Assembly: GCF_963506605.1 (NCBI RefSeq)
Contig: NC_083292.1
Coordinates: forward strand, 15,128,001 to 15,192,000
Source: Zootoca vivipara
Taxonomy: Eukaryota
Direction: 5' to 3'
Length of the DNA stretch: 64,000 bases
The notes beneath the pieces were generated by a model. The model saw only the letters and a list, made by a program, of their open reading frames with translations. It searched no databases and was not told the origin of the DNA. Positions 48,001 to 59,100 of this stretch are shown here, piece after piece. The position numbers and the translations under genes were made by a program. Each line of letters opens with the position of its first letter. Position 1 is the first letter of the stretch.

Positions 48001-51000
48001 ACAAATAGCTGCTCTTACCTCCAACACCTGTTTTCTGCTCGAAAACCATGGATGTTGTTATCTCCTCCAACCAAGTAGACAAAGTTGTTGAGGACTGCAA
48101 TTCCCTGGTTAGACATCCTGGGGGACAAGGCTGCTGTGAAGTGCCTCCACTCTCCCAGCAGTGGGTTCAGATACCTGGCCTGGTCGCTGACGACAGTGGA
48201 AGGGGTGGAGTGGATCCCCCCAAAGCCCACCACACAGCAAAACTCGGACCTCAGCTGAGTGTGGGGGCTCTGCATCATGGGTTGCAGGCACTCGTTCTTG
48301 TGGTACATCAGAGCACTCGCCACTGTCTCCTTCAAAGGGCACGGGCTGAGCTTGTCGTGAAGCCTCTGCAGGACAGGAAAGTCCATCAAGGGGAAGCGGA
48401 CCGTCTCCAGCAGCTTTGGGGGCTCCATCAAGGAGACCTGATCCGTTTCCACTTGCTCTGGAGTGTAATGGTAGAGCAGGGCCCCCTCGTAAACCTCATT
48501 CTCAGAGCTGACCTCCAAGGTGTTGCTGCTGAGGAGGGCGTAGGCCTTTTCCAGGGGGAACTGGCGGTACATTTCTGTCCTGGAGAGAGTGACAAAGTTT
48601 TTCAGAACATAGGAGTCCAGCTGCTCGCTCAGGTGGCTCAGGTGGAAAAGGTCAGCCAGCTTGTACACATCCAAGACGTTCTCCTCGTCCACCCAGGACA
48701 TGAGGAAGTCACAGCAGAACTTGATAACCTCTGGGATCTGCAAAGGAGAAAGAAAAAGAGCCCCTCTGATACGGAGCTGCGAGGGACTCCAACCCTACCC
48801 TCCAATAGGATCGAAAGCCACCCACAGCATGCAGAATTTTGCATCATACATACCAAGTCCAAATCCCATGTTCATATTTTACTAATGAAGCACAGAAATC
48901 AGGTCAAGATCTACTGAACTGGCAAGCAGCACTGCGAGTGGAAACATTTTTTAATTCCAAGGTGATGGAGGCTGAGCCAGAATCATGGCACATCCATGTA
49001 GCAAAAGGAGAGCAAACCAGTCTTTAGATCAAAGACTTTATAGCAACAGGGTCAAGCAAACCCTCGTAGCTGGGAGCCTCTGTGGCACTGCTGGCTGCAA
49101 GAGCAGAAGTGGGAGAGCTGGGAGGCAGAGCTCACTCCATTGGCTCTGCTGCTCCTCCCCCTTCAATTGTTCCCTCGGGGCAGATATTCCATCATGCTGC
49201 CTCAGTAGGAGAGGTAGGAAACAGGGCTCATTTCATCAGATTTGCTGGAGGCCCACCTCCACCAGGCACATCCTACCCCTGAACTGTGCCAGCTAGTCAA
49301 TATAGGAAGAACTGGTTATAAACTGGTGCCTGAGTTTTTGTTTTTATTCTCCTCTTCCCTCCCTGTCCTTTCCCCCTTGTGTTCTGTGTTTTTTAGGCTG
49401 TAAGCCTGAATGGTTTTGACTGTATGTAAAACACTCTGAGAGCCCTTTAATGATCCTACTTATTAATAAGTTCAAAGGGCTGGGCTGCCAATCCCCATCT
49501 GGGCAGTGGTGGTGCTTAACAGAGCAGCAGAGCCAGGACTGATCTGCACTCCTACTGCTCATACTAGCCAAGATGGAAGGTAAATGGCTGTGGTAGCTTA
49601 AAGCAGGTGCAGCAGCCAGACCCAGATTAGGCCCTGTGATGCTCCAGCGAGGGCAGTGGTACCAGTTCAGCCTTCCCCCATTCCTGGCGTGTGGGCCGCC
49701 AGCAGAGGCCCAAAGAGCTGGGTGGAAAGGCACCTCTGACCAATCCACCACCCACATAAAGGAACTTTGGACTGCGGCCTAAAGTGGCTGCCCATCAAGT
49801 GGGCACCTGGGCTTTGCCATGTTCCTTCCCCGACAAGCCTTTCAGAGCTGCCAACTCTCTCACCTGAAGCTGGCAGGCGGCAGTCAGTATTTCCTGCACA
49901 TTGCTGAGGCCAAGCTCCAGTTCCGAAGTATATATGAAGTTCAGGATTTGACACATGGCGTTATAAGACACACCCTGAATGTGGACCTCTTCCTGTTCCA
50001 TTTCTCTTAGTCCGCCAGCAAACATCCCCCTATTAAAGGAAAGAGCTGCTTTCAGTCATGCTTCCAGAAAGGAACCTGCACAGGGATTCCAGGTTGCGTA
50101 TGGGGGCAATTACTGATCCCATTTCTATGCCGTACTCCTTCCTCCAAGGAACTTAAGCACCTTGTACAGAGATACTCCACTTAGACTTCATAGCAGCCAC
50201 ACAAGAAGCAGGTCAGGCTAAGAGGCTGGTTGGACCAACGTCAACGACTGCGGAACAGCCGTGACTCAGTGTTGGAGCATCTGTTCTGCATGCAGAAGGT
50301 CCCAGGTTCAGCCCCTAGCAGCATCTCCAGGCAGGGCTAGGGGAGATCCCCTGCTTGAAACCCTGTCCTCTGCCAGCCAGTGTAGCCATCAATAAGGTAG
50401 ACAGATGAATGGTCTGGCTCATAGAAGGCAGCTTCCTATGTACTGAGGCTTGGGGCAAAGAGGACATGTGCCCCTCTGGAGGAGGCCCACTGGGTGCCTG
50501 TGTTGCTGTATGGACTGTGGGTCATCAGACCTGCTTGGTACATTTCAGCCTTATTCATCCCACTAGCTGGCTGGTTTAAAAGTGGACTGGTATAGGCACA
50601 GGTGTGTTAGGCAAGAGCTGTTGGGACAGGTGTGAATGCGTGGGACCTGCTCTTCTGTTCATGGAGGTTCAATTCAGCTGCATAAGGGAAATGTTTGTGG
50701 GTTCCATATCACCACCATTACTGAAGACCGATATATATGCGATATATATATATATCTTCCCCAACCACTGCCAATGAGGCAGGAGCCTATGGGAGTTGGG
50801 GTGCAACGATATGAGGAGAGATCCTAATTGGGGAATGAGGGCATCTTAGCTGAGATCCCTGCATTGCAGGGGGTTGGACTAGATGACCTTTGGGTTCATT
50901 CCAACTATAATTCTATGAGCAATGCCATGACTCAGTTGATGTGGGAGCAGTTTTCGGTCTTGCTCTATTGGCCATTCTTTCTACAGGTTATTGCCTAGCT

Positions 51001-51554
51001 TTCTACTCTGCACCACCCTAATGTTGACATTTATTTCATTTTATTTTATTTCTATTCTGCACCAATTTCCCATTAAACCTCATCATGCTTCTGAATACCA
51101 GTAGCTGGAAACCACAGGAGGGGAGACTGCTGCTGGGGCATTCATACCCTGTTTGTGGGCTTCCCTAGGGCATCTGGGTGGCTACTGTGAGGCACCGATG
51201 TTCAGCCTCCACAATGTGCTAAGATTTACTGAAGACTACCACAACAAATTTGTGCATAAATTTCAGAACCAAACATAAACATTTCCAGTTCATGCATAAT
51301 ACTGTTTCGGTTCTATTCCAGACAGACCTGAAGTAATCGCATGATGCCGCCAGGAGGATCCGATGAGCCTCAATCGGCTTCCCCTCCACACGCAGGATAA
51401 CATCAAAGAGGATGCCGCTGTCCCGGAGAGCCACCAAGCCATTCAGTAAAGCCTGGGAGTGTTGCGCACTTCGGTAGGTGTTGCCAGAGCCCCCCTTGGC
51501 CCAGGGCTCTGGGAACGTCCTGGCTGGCTTTGCCAGCTCCTGATCTTCTGCCAT
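44641..51554 (-). CDS. KLHL22: Kelch-like protein 22 (BTB-BACK-Kelch CUL3 adaptor), 6 coding exons, 638 aa
   Basis: Exons 51554-51328, 50029-49864, 48737-48019, 46911-46719, 45568-45335, 45018-44641 (1917 nt). BTB LFDVILRVEGKPIEAHRILLAASCDYFRGMFAGGL, kelch repeats, C-terminus SEVMSMLDWEEFD; head-to-head with MED15. Confidence 0.95.
45335..45568 (-). CDS. KLHL22: KLHL22 kelch exon
   Basis: VYAHAGAELDGRMYITCGRRG...YRRDVHQ. Confidence 0.93.
46071..46215 (-). mobile_element. RTE/BovB-type LINE 3' end
   Basis: GTTGTTTAGTC...GTGTCCGACTCTTTGTGACCCCATGGACCAGAGCAC resembles the BovB 3' terminus. Confidence 0.75.
46719..46911 (-). CDS. KLHL22: KLHL22 kelch exon
   Basis: YDPRHNRWFQIQSLQREHAD...YVAPLRKE (this frame is not in the ORF track). 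Confidence 0.93.
48019..48737 (-). CDS. KLHL22: KLHL22 BACK/kelch exon
   Basis: IPEVIKFCCDFLMSWVDEEN...AENRCWR. Confidence 0.95.
49864..50029 (-). CDS. KLHL22: KLHL22 BTB exon
   Basis: GMFAGGLREMEQEEV...AACQLQ. Confidence 0.95.
50255..50441 (+). mobile_element. tRNA-derived squamate SINE (Squam3-like)
   Basis: CTCAGTGTTGGAGCATCTG...GCATGCAGAAGGTCCCAGGTTCA...AAGGCAGCTTCCTATG; decayed reverse copies at about 57790-57950 and 58180-58325. Confidence 0.65.
51328..51554 (-). CDS. KLHL22: KLHL22 first coding exon
   Basis: MAEDQEL...AASCDYFR; an acceptor at 51602-51603 implies a non-coding exon 1 near 52.0-52.1 kb. Confidence 0.93.
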
Positions 51555-51899
51555 TCCAGGCCAGACTCCAGGGACGCAAGGAAAGCAGCTTGGGGGGTTT
51601 CCTGTAGAGCAATTTGCAGAGGAAAATGTTGGGTTTTCTGACTCGAAACCTTATTTATTAATCATCCCACCCCTCTGAGCCCACGGAAGAACTTCCAATA
51701 CGTTATATATAGGGCAGCCCAGATCAAAAAAATAAAAATAAAAATGGCTTAGAGAGGGGCATGAGTGAAGATATCGCAGAGGGAAGGGGAGAGAGATAAA
51801 GGACTCTCCGAGGAACTGGACTCTGAGGTCAGGAGGGCAAGAGGGTGAAGAGGCCAAGTCTGATGCGGAAGCAAAACAAGGATCTTTCTGAGTAAGAAG

Positions 51900-53110
51900 G
51901 CGGCGGAGAAGCCACACCTCGGGCCCCTCCAGCCAGAACTCGGGGTCAACTTGTGCTCTGCACATGCTCAAGAGGCGCCCGCGGACTAAGGCGCAGAGCC
52001 ATCTGAGGCCGCTGTCATCGCCCTCCTCCCCCGACCTGAGCGCACCTCCACCGCCTTCCGGTTTCAACTGCCGGAAACCATAGAGACGGGCGGCTCGGCC
52101 AGACCGTCAGTTCCCTCCCACATCCTCCGCCGCCGCCGCCCTCCCCCCCTCCCGCAGAGGACGACCCGCCTCTTAAGGGGCGTGGCGGGGCACGCGCAAA
52201 TCAGCCTCGGGGCAAGGAAATGTCCTGCGCCCGGATGCCCTCCGCCTCTGAGCCGCCTACTTCCCAGAAGCCCCCGCTGCCCGCGAACTACCTATCCCGT
52301 CGTGCTCCGGGAGAGGCGCGCTTCGTCGAGCGACTTCCGGTGGCCGGAAGAAGCGTCGCTGCGCCCGCCGCTCACTCAAGTCAGTAGCTCCTCAGCTCGC
52401 TTGGCCCTCGGATCGGCGGCGGCGGGCGGCCTCGGCATGGAGGAGAACGACTGGCGCAGCGCCAACTTCAGGCAGAAGCTCGTCAGCCAGATGTGAGTCC
52501 GCGGAGGGAGGGGGAAAGGGAAGGGGAGGCTCGGGGCGGCCCAGAGAACCAACTTCGGCCGGCTCCTCTGCTCGCGCGCCTCACGGGCAGCCCCGGTATC
52601 AGTAGCGGCGGCAGCGGAAGCAGCAGCAGCAGGAAGCCTCTGGCCTGGTTTGGCCGGCGATACGGGCCGGGTGATGGAGCCGGTTCTGCCCGTTTCGAGG
52701 CCCTCCTGGAAGCTGTGAGTGGCGTGCAGGTGCCCCAAATCGGGTCCCGGGATGGCGTAACCCGCGACTGCCCCTCCTGTTGTTACGGGAGCGAGGGTAC
52801 GGGGAGGGATGCTGAAACGAACCTCGCCGAGGTGGGGGTGGGGAGAGGAAACGACGGCGTCCCCCCACCCCCGCTCGCCCTCTTCGCCAATTTCTGGACG
52901 CAGTCTTCTTCGAAAAGGACCCTCTGGGGGGACAGGGATTTTGGCTCCATGGCCCTGTTTCACTTGGCTGAGTGGTGGCCCACCTGCAAGGGAAATTGCC
53001 TTGCCTACTATTGCCCATAGTTCGCCAGACTTTGGCCCCCATCACGTTCCGTCCTCCCTGAGGAAGGGGGCGTCGTGCAAGGTGGGCCAGGCGCCCTTCG
53101 CAGCCGCAGC
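51900..53110. promoter_or_regulatory. KLHL22/MED15 bidirectional CpG-island promoter
   Basis: Dense CpG; ETS CCGGAA pairs at about 52056-52077 and 52333-52350; ZNF143-like motifs at 52256-52275 and 52286-52310. Confidence 0.85.
52437..52492 (+). CDS. MED15: MED15 exon 1
   Basis: ggcATGG; DWRSANFRQKLVSQ; gtgagt donor. Confidence 0.93.
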
Positions 53111-56100
53111 AGGATATGCGTTGGGCAGGCATTCCAGGGGCCACACTGACCCACGGAGGAGAGAGTTGCCTGGAAGGGAGGAGATTCCGAGAGAGTGTGT
53201 GTATGTGGGTTCTGATGCCTTGGCAGGTAGAGGCTTTGCTCAGGGATCAGCTCCCGGTGGGATCTTTTCCCTTGGAAAGCCTGCTGATTTAGACATAGTT
53301 GGGTTTTCCCCCTGGTTTGGTTCCTGCAGTGGGTCGCTGTGCTTTGCCCTTCTCGACAAAAGAGGGGAGGGAGAACAGAAATCCCAAGATGGCAACCACA
53401 TCTCCAGTACCCTCCATAAAGCAGATGGTCACTAGACCAATCAGGGTGTGTGCGTCCTGACATCTAAGGGACAGCCCCACACCCCAAAAGATGGGTGGGT
53501 CAATGAGCCCAGTGCCTGTGGGTGCTAATCTGGCTCTTTCTTCTGTCTGATGGCAATCCATATTAGGAATCTCACTTGCTAGTTCACTGGGTAGGCAAAT
53601 CCTACTGCAAGGTTTGTCATCTGCGCTTCTCCCAAATAGCTGCTTCAAAGTCTCTGGTAGCGGCAGAAGCTGGCCTGCTTGCTTGCCAATCTGGAGAACC
53701 TGAGGGAAGGACAGAGATCACAGCAGGAGCACAGAGTCCCTGAGCCTGGAGGTGCTGAAAGTGTTTGGGTTGCCACATGAGGGCTCTGCAAGTGCTCTGC
53801 TTCAGTCACCCTGCTATCATGCGGGAAGGGGAGGCTGCTGTGATTGATTATCCTCTCCCCTTCTCCCCAGAAATGGCGGTGGCACTCTGAGCAGGGACAT
53901 CTACTTCTGCTCCTTGCATCCAGGCTGGGGGCCTGCAAGGCAAAAGCATCCAGGCGTTTTCCTGGCCTTTGTGAAGAGAGAACTTGCCTACATGTTGGAG
54001 GGAGTGTTTTCCATGTGTGGGAGCAGCACACCCCACTTTTTTGGGGGGAAGAGTGTAAGAACAAAACAGAAAGCCCCATTATTCACAAATTGCAAAGGGG
54101 CTAGAGAAAGATGTGCATCAGTTCTTAGGTATTGTGGCATGGTTGCCCCCTTCCTCTTACCTGCTTGTCTGGGGTGGTCTGCCCTACTGGCCCCATTCTG
54201 GCCTGGGGTAGGGGATTGGATGTTTGTGTCTGGAGATGAGGTGCATGTGAAGCTCTTAGAAGAGGCATGCTATAAAGGTAAAGGGAAGCGGGTGGCGCTG
54301 TGGTCTAAACCACTGAGCCTCTTGGGCTGCTTGTTCAGAAAGTCGGTGGTTCGAATCCACATGATGGGGTGAGCTCCTGTTGCTCTGTCCCGGCTTCTGC
54401 CAACCTAACAGTATGAAAGCATACTAGTGCAAGTAGATAAATAGGTACCGCTGCAGCAGGAAGGTAAACGGTGTTTCCCTGCACTCTGGCACTCGCCACT
54501 GAGTCCCATTGCGCCAGAAGCGGTTTAGTCATGCTGGCCACATGACGCGAAAAGCTGTTTGTGGACAAACTCTGGCTCCCACGGCCTAAAAACAAGATGA
54601 GCGCCGCAACCCCATGAGTGTTTCTCTTCTATAGTTTTCATCAGCAGATATCTCCTGTGTGAGCTCTGAGTATATGGAACCTGAGGACAGAGGGGAAGCT
54701 CTGTGTCCTGACTCCTGCACTTTCATCAGATTGGCATTAACACACTGGTGTGCTCTGATGGGGTACCAGTTTGCACCATATCCAACACCCTGTGATGTAG
54801 ACAGGGTGGAAGTCATCTTGAGAAGGCTATTTTATCATTAATTTTTTATGTCAATAGAAGAAATATTGTTCAGTCTGGGACTAGTTGTGTCGGGTGCCTT
54901 TTGTTCCAGTTTTGCATGAGATTGAGAGTTCCTGTTAAACACATACTGTAGTGATAAGGTGGTTTTAGCAAGAAGTATATTTTTAAGCCAGTGAAGCCAA
55001 ACATCCAAGTACAGTATTAGAAAGGGAAAATGAAAGCAACAGTCAAACAGACTTAACAAAACCAAAAAAGTCAGTATATCTTAGCTGGTCATATGTTCCC
55101 TTTCCGGACAAAGTCTTGGCTGGAGAGCAAGTGCAAAGCTTCATGCAGAAGAGATGTTCTGGACTGGAGTATCATTGGGCTCCATATTAGGTGATTCCAG
55201 GGAGACAGGCTGAGAGGGAACACTTGCCTTTCGTGCTTTTTAGAGCAGAGTTTTCCCAACTGTGTGCTGCGCTGCAACACGTTAGTGTGTTGTCTGAGGT
55301 ATGTAGGTGTGTCACGCATATGCTCCCCATGCTCCTCCCGGGGCTGAAAAGGATTTAACCTCTGGTTTGCTAGTAAAATTGAATTGTGTGTCATGAAATG
55401 ATGTGTCACCAACATGAAAAGTTTGGGAAGCTCTGCTTTAGAGAGATGCATTATACCTTTTGCTCTTGGTTTAACTCATTGTACAAAAGCACAAGAATGA
55501 AAATTATTTCCAATGTTAAATGTCTTTAGAACCTCGAAAAGAAGTGATATATACAGTGGTACCTTGGTTTACAACCATAATCCGTTCCAGAGATCCGGTT
55601 GTAAACCAAAACAGGTTGTAACCCAAGGCGCACTTTCACCAATGGGGCCTCAAAAAATGGGTTGTAATCCAAAAAAAGAGGTTGTAATCCAAAAAAAGGG
55701 ACACACTCTTCAGGATTTGAAGTGGTTGTCATCCAAAACGGTTGCAAACCAAAGTACCACTGTATATGGAAAAATTTCCATTCAGCCTTCTTGCAAATAT
55801 TGATGTGAAAATCTTCTCATTATATAAGAGTGGGTGGGGACGGCTGACCTGTGGACCACCAAATGTTGCTTGGTCAATGGTCAAGAACGATGGGAGTTGT
55901 AATCCATAAATCCCCATTGCCCCGTGTCTCTAGCATTTCATTTGTCACCTTTCCTAAAGAATCAGATAAAACAGATGTAGATGTCTTTAATAATTAGTTG
56001 ATAAAACTTTTCTTTTCTTAATAGAGCGCATCATATATTCTACATTAATTATATCCTCTCTATGCATATTTCACCTTATTGTATATTTCATTTGAGCTTG

Positions 56101-59100
56101 TTTTCCTTAGGTTGCTTTTCAAGTAAACTTGATTTAGTATTGGATTATTATTGGATTTTCTTTATGCAAAGAATAAGGGTGTCGCTCTTCTCCTGATCAA
56201 GGCTTTGCTTTCATTCAAAGCCATCGCCTTAAAGCTTGCTGGCTGAGACCTTGTGTCTCACAAGAGAGGATTACCCTCACACATTTTCCCCCAATCGGTC
56301 TTCTCTAACCCTCTGCCCAGTTAGCCCACAAAAGAGAGGTAACTTCAGAATGTTTATTGTGGCGTAAAAGACAGGTTGCGGGTGTTCTGGAAAGGGGAGC
56401 CCTAGCTTCTTGTCTCTCTCCAGCCCACAACTGCTCTGTCGGCTGCTCTCGCCTTCCCCAGGTTCCATCCTGTCTGATATTCCTGTGGCATGGCTGGGCC
56501 CAAACATAGGGGAGGGGTTCATGATGTTGGGGTGGGGCTCGGGCCTCTCTCTTGCTGTGAGTAGGGGCTGCAGGTGAGGATAGAGCCTCTTGCTTTCGGC
56601 TCATCAAAACAGTGGTGCCACGGCTGTTGTGACAGCATAGGTGTCAAGGCTATTCTGGCACTGCTTTCGTTTCCCGGAACTTTTACGTGATATTTCACTG
56701 CCTTTTGTCGCACAGGTATTTAAAGGTTGGCTTTTGGGGGTGCCTCCAATGTTGTGTGGGGAGGGGCATCCTGGATTTCCTCTCCTCTCCCTTGGTGCCT
56801 GCAAAATCTGGTACAGAGGGTCCCCCAAGACATTTGCTTGTAGGAATGGAACCATGTCACTGGAAACAACCCCCAGTTGTTGTGTTTTATGTAAACTGCT
56901 TGGGGATTCTGGATATTAAGCGGCATATAAATATCATCAATAAATAAAAATTAATAAAATATTTAATTCCTGATACCTACAAGGTGGCTCTGTGGGTTAA
57001 ACCACTGAGCCTATGGCTTGCTGATCAGAAGGTCAGCGGTTTGAATCCCTGTGGCGGGGTGAGCTCCCGTTGATCGGTCCCAGCTCCTGCCAACCTAGCA
57101 GTTCGAAAGCACATCAAAATGCAAGTAGATAAATAGGAACCGCTACAGCGGGAAGGTAAACGGCGTTTCCGTGTGCTGCTCTGGTTCGCCAGAAGTGGTT
57201 TTGTCATGCTGGCCACATGGCCGGCTCCCTCGGCCAATAATGTGAGATGAGCGCGCAACCCCAGAGTCGGTCATGACTGGACCTAATGGTCAGGGGTCCC
57301 TTTACCTTTACCTACAAGAAGAGGAGGAAGAGGGAGGTGAGAAAGCTAAAGTCCTGTTGGGGCAGGAGTGGAAGTGTGTTTGTGGGTTGCTTGTGTGTCA
57401 GCGAGTGTTGTGGGGTGGATGCACTTGTATGATTTCTTCTGAAGTGGGGCTGGGGCTTCCGCCTTTCAAAAGAAAGTGAACTTCATCCCGCAGAAGGGCT
57501 GAGCAGAAATAGCCTGTGGGGTGGGCCCTGTTTCCAAGGTGCCACCTTTCCGTGCAGTTGTGATTCTGGTGCTTCAGCTGTTTTCTTTCTTTTCCCCATC
57601 AGTGAAGATGCCATGAGGAAGGCTGGAGTGGCTCACAATAAGAGCAGCAAAGACATGGAGAACCACGTTTTCATGAAGGCCAAATCACGGGTAAGGAGAA
57701 GGAGCCAAGGGTGAAAGTGAAGGGCGGGCAGGAGAGAGAGACGGTCCAGGCTCTAGCGATTTTGGGGTCGAAGCTCCAGTTGCCCTCTTCCGAGGAGTCA
57801 GACCCTTGGTCCATCTAGCTCAGGACTGACAACACTGGCCGGCAGCAACTGCTCTCTGGGGTTTCAGGCAAGCTCTCTTTCCCAGCCCTTCCTGGAGATG
57901 CTTCCAATGATTGGCACCTGCTGCATGCAACCCCCTGAGCTCCTGCCCTTCCCACTATAGAGGGAAAGTGGGAAACCCCTGAATCTGGCTGGGCAGGTGA
58001 CTCTCAGAGCAGCTAGTTTCACTTCCCTGGTGGGCATCCTGTCTTCTGCCAGTTGCCTGTCTAAGAACAGTCGTGGCTTCCTTGGTTAGTCCCTCCCTTC
58101 CTCATAAGCTTTGCAGCTCTGCCCAGGTGGAATACACCATGTCCCCTTCCAGTCCCAAATCTTTCCCACTGGGGCAAACATAGAAACTGCCTTGGTCCAC
58201 CTGACTCAGTATCATCTACACTGACTGGCAGTGGCTGTGTAGGTTTTCAGGCAGGGTTCCTTCCCAGCCCTACCTGTGACCTTCTCCATGCATAGGAGAT
58301 GCTCTACGAGGGAGCTCCAGCCATTTCCCATTCTATCTCCTGCCTCTCCTGGAGGGCAGAGTGTTCCCTGTAAAACACAGCTGGCTGGTGGGGGAGAGAC
58401 ATCTTTTTTCACTGTGGCTGGTTCTGGAGTCAGTGCAGTTTCCCTTCTGTGTTTCACCAGTGAGATAGTGGGAAGTGAGGTACAGTCGTACCGGGTTTGC
58501 GGCATTCGGGAGCCAAAATGTTTGAGAACTAAGCTGCTCTTCTAGAGAGAGACCAGGAGGAGGAGGAGGAGGAGGAGGAGGAGGAGGAGGAGGAGGAGGA
58601 AATGAGTCAGATGCACCCTGCCCTCCAACTCTCCCTCCCTGGCTTCTAAAATGCACTTTCATTTCTCTTAACTTTTAGGAGGAGTATCTTTCCCTTGTGG
58701 CAAGACTCATCATCCACTTTCGGGATATCCGTGAGTATTCTCATGCCTGTTTGTGGACAGCGCTTGTTGGCCATTTGAAACTTTGAGATGAGGGGGGACC
58801 GTCGGGGCAGGGAAATCATCCTGTTCAGGGCAGAGCCTATTAGCTCTGGCAAAATAATTTTGCCGCTTCAGCTGTTGACTCAAGACCCTGCCTTGAAGAA
58901 ACACAGGGGCTGTTTCCGCTATAACCTTTGGGTTTCTGGTGGAGAAACGATCCTGAATGACACCTTGGGGGCGGGGGAGTTCCTTTTCCCAAGGTTGCTG
59001 GTTTTTAAAAAAATTAATCAGGTTTATTCTTATCAAATAAAATGCTACCAGTTCTAAAACTACATAGGATGAGGGGATGAAAAGGGTTTATTGTAAACTG

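Noticed and set aside
48048-48917. 289-aa plus-strand ORF
   Set aside because: Antisense shadow of the 719-nt KLHL22 exon.
52376-53463. Several 150-200-aa ORFs on both strands
   Set aside because: Expected stop depletion in a CpG island; only MED15 exon 1 has a recognisable product.
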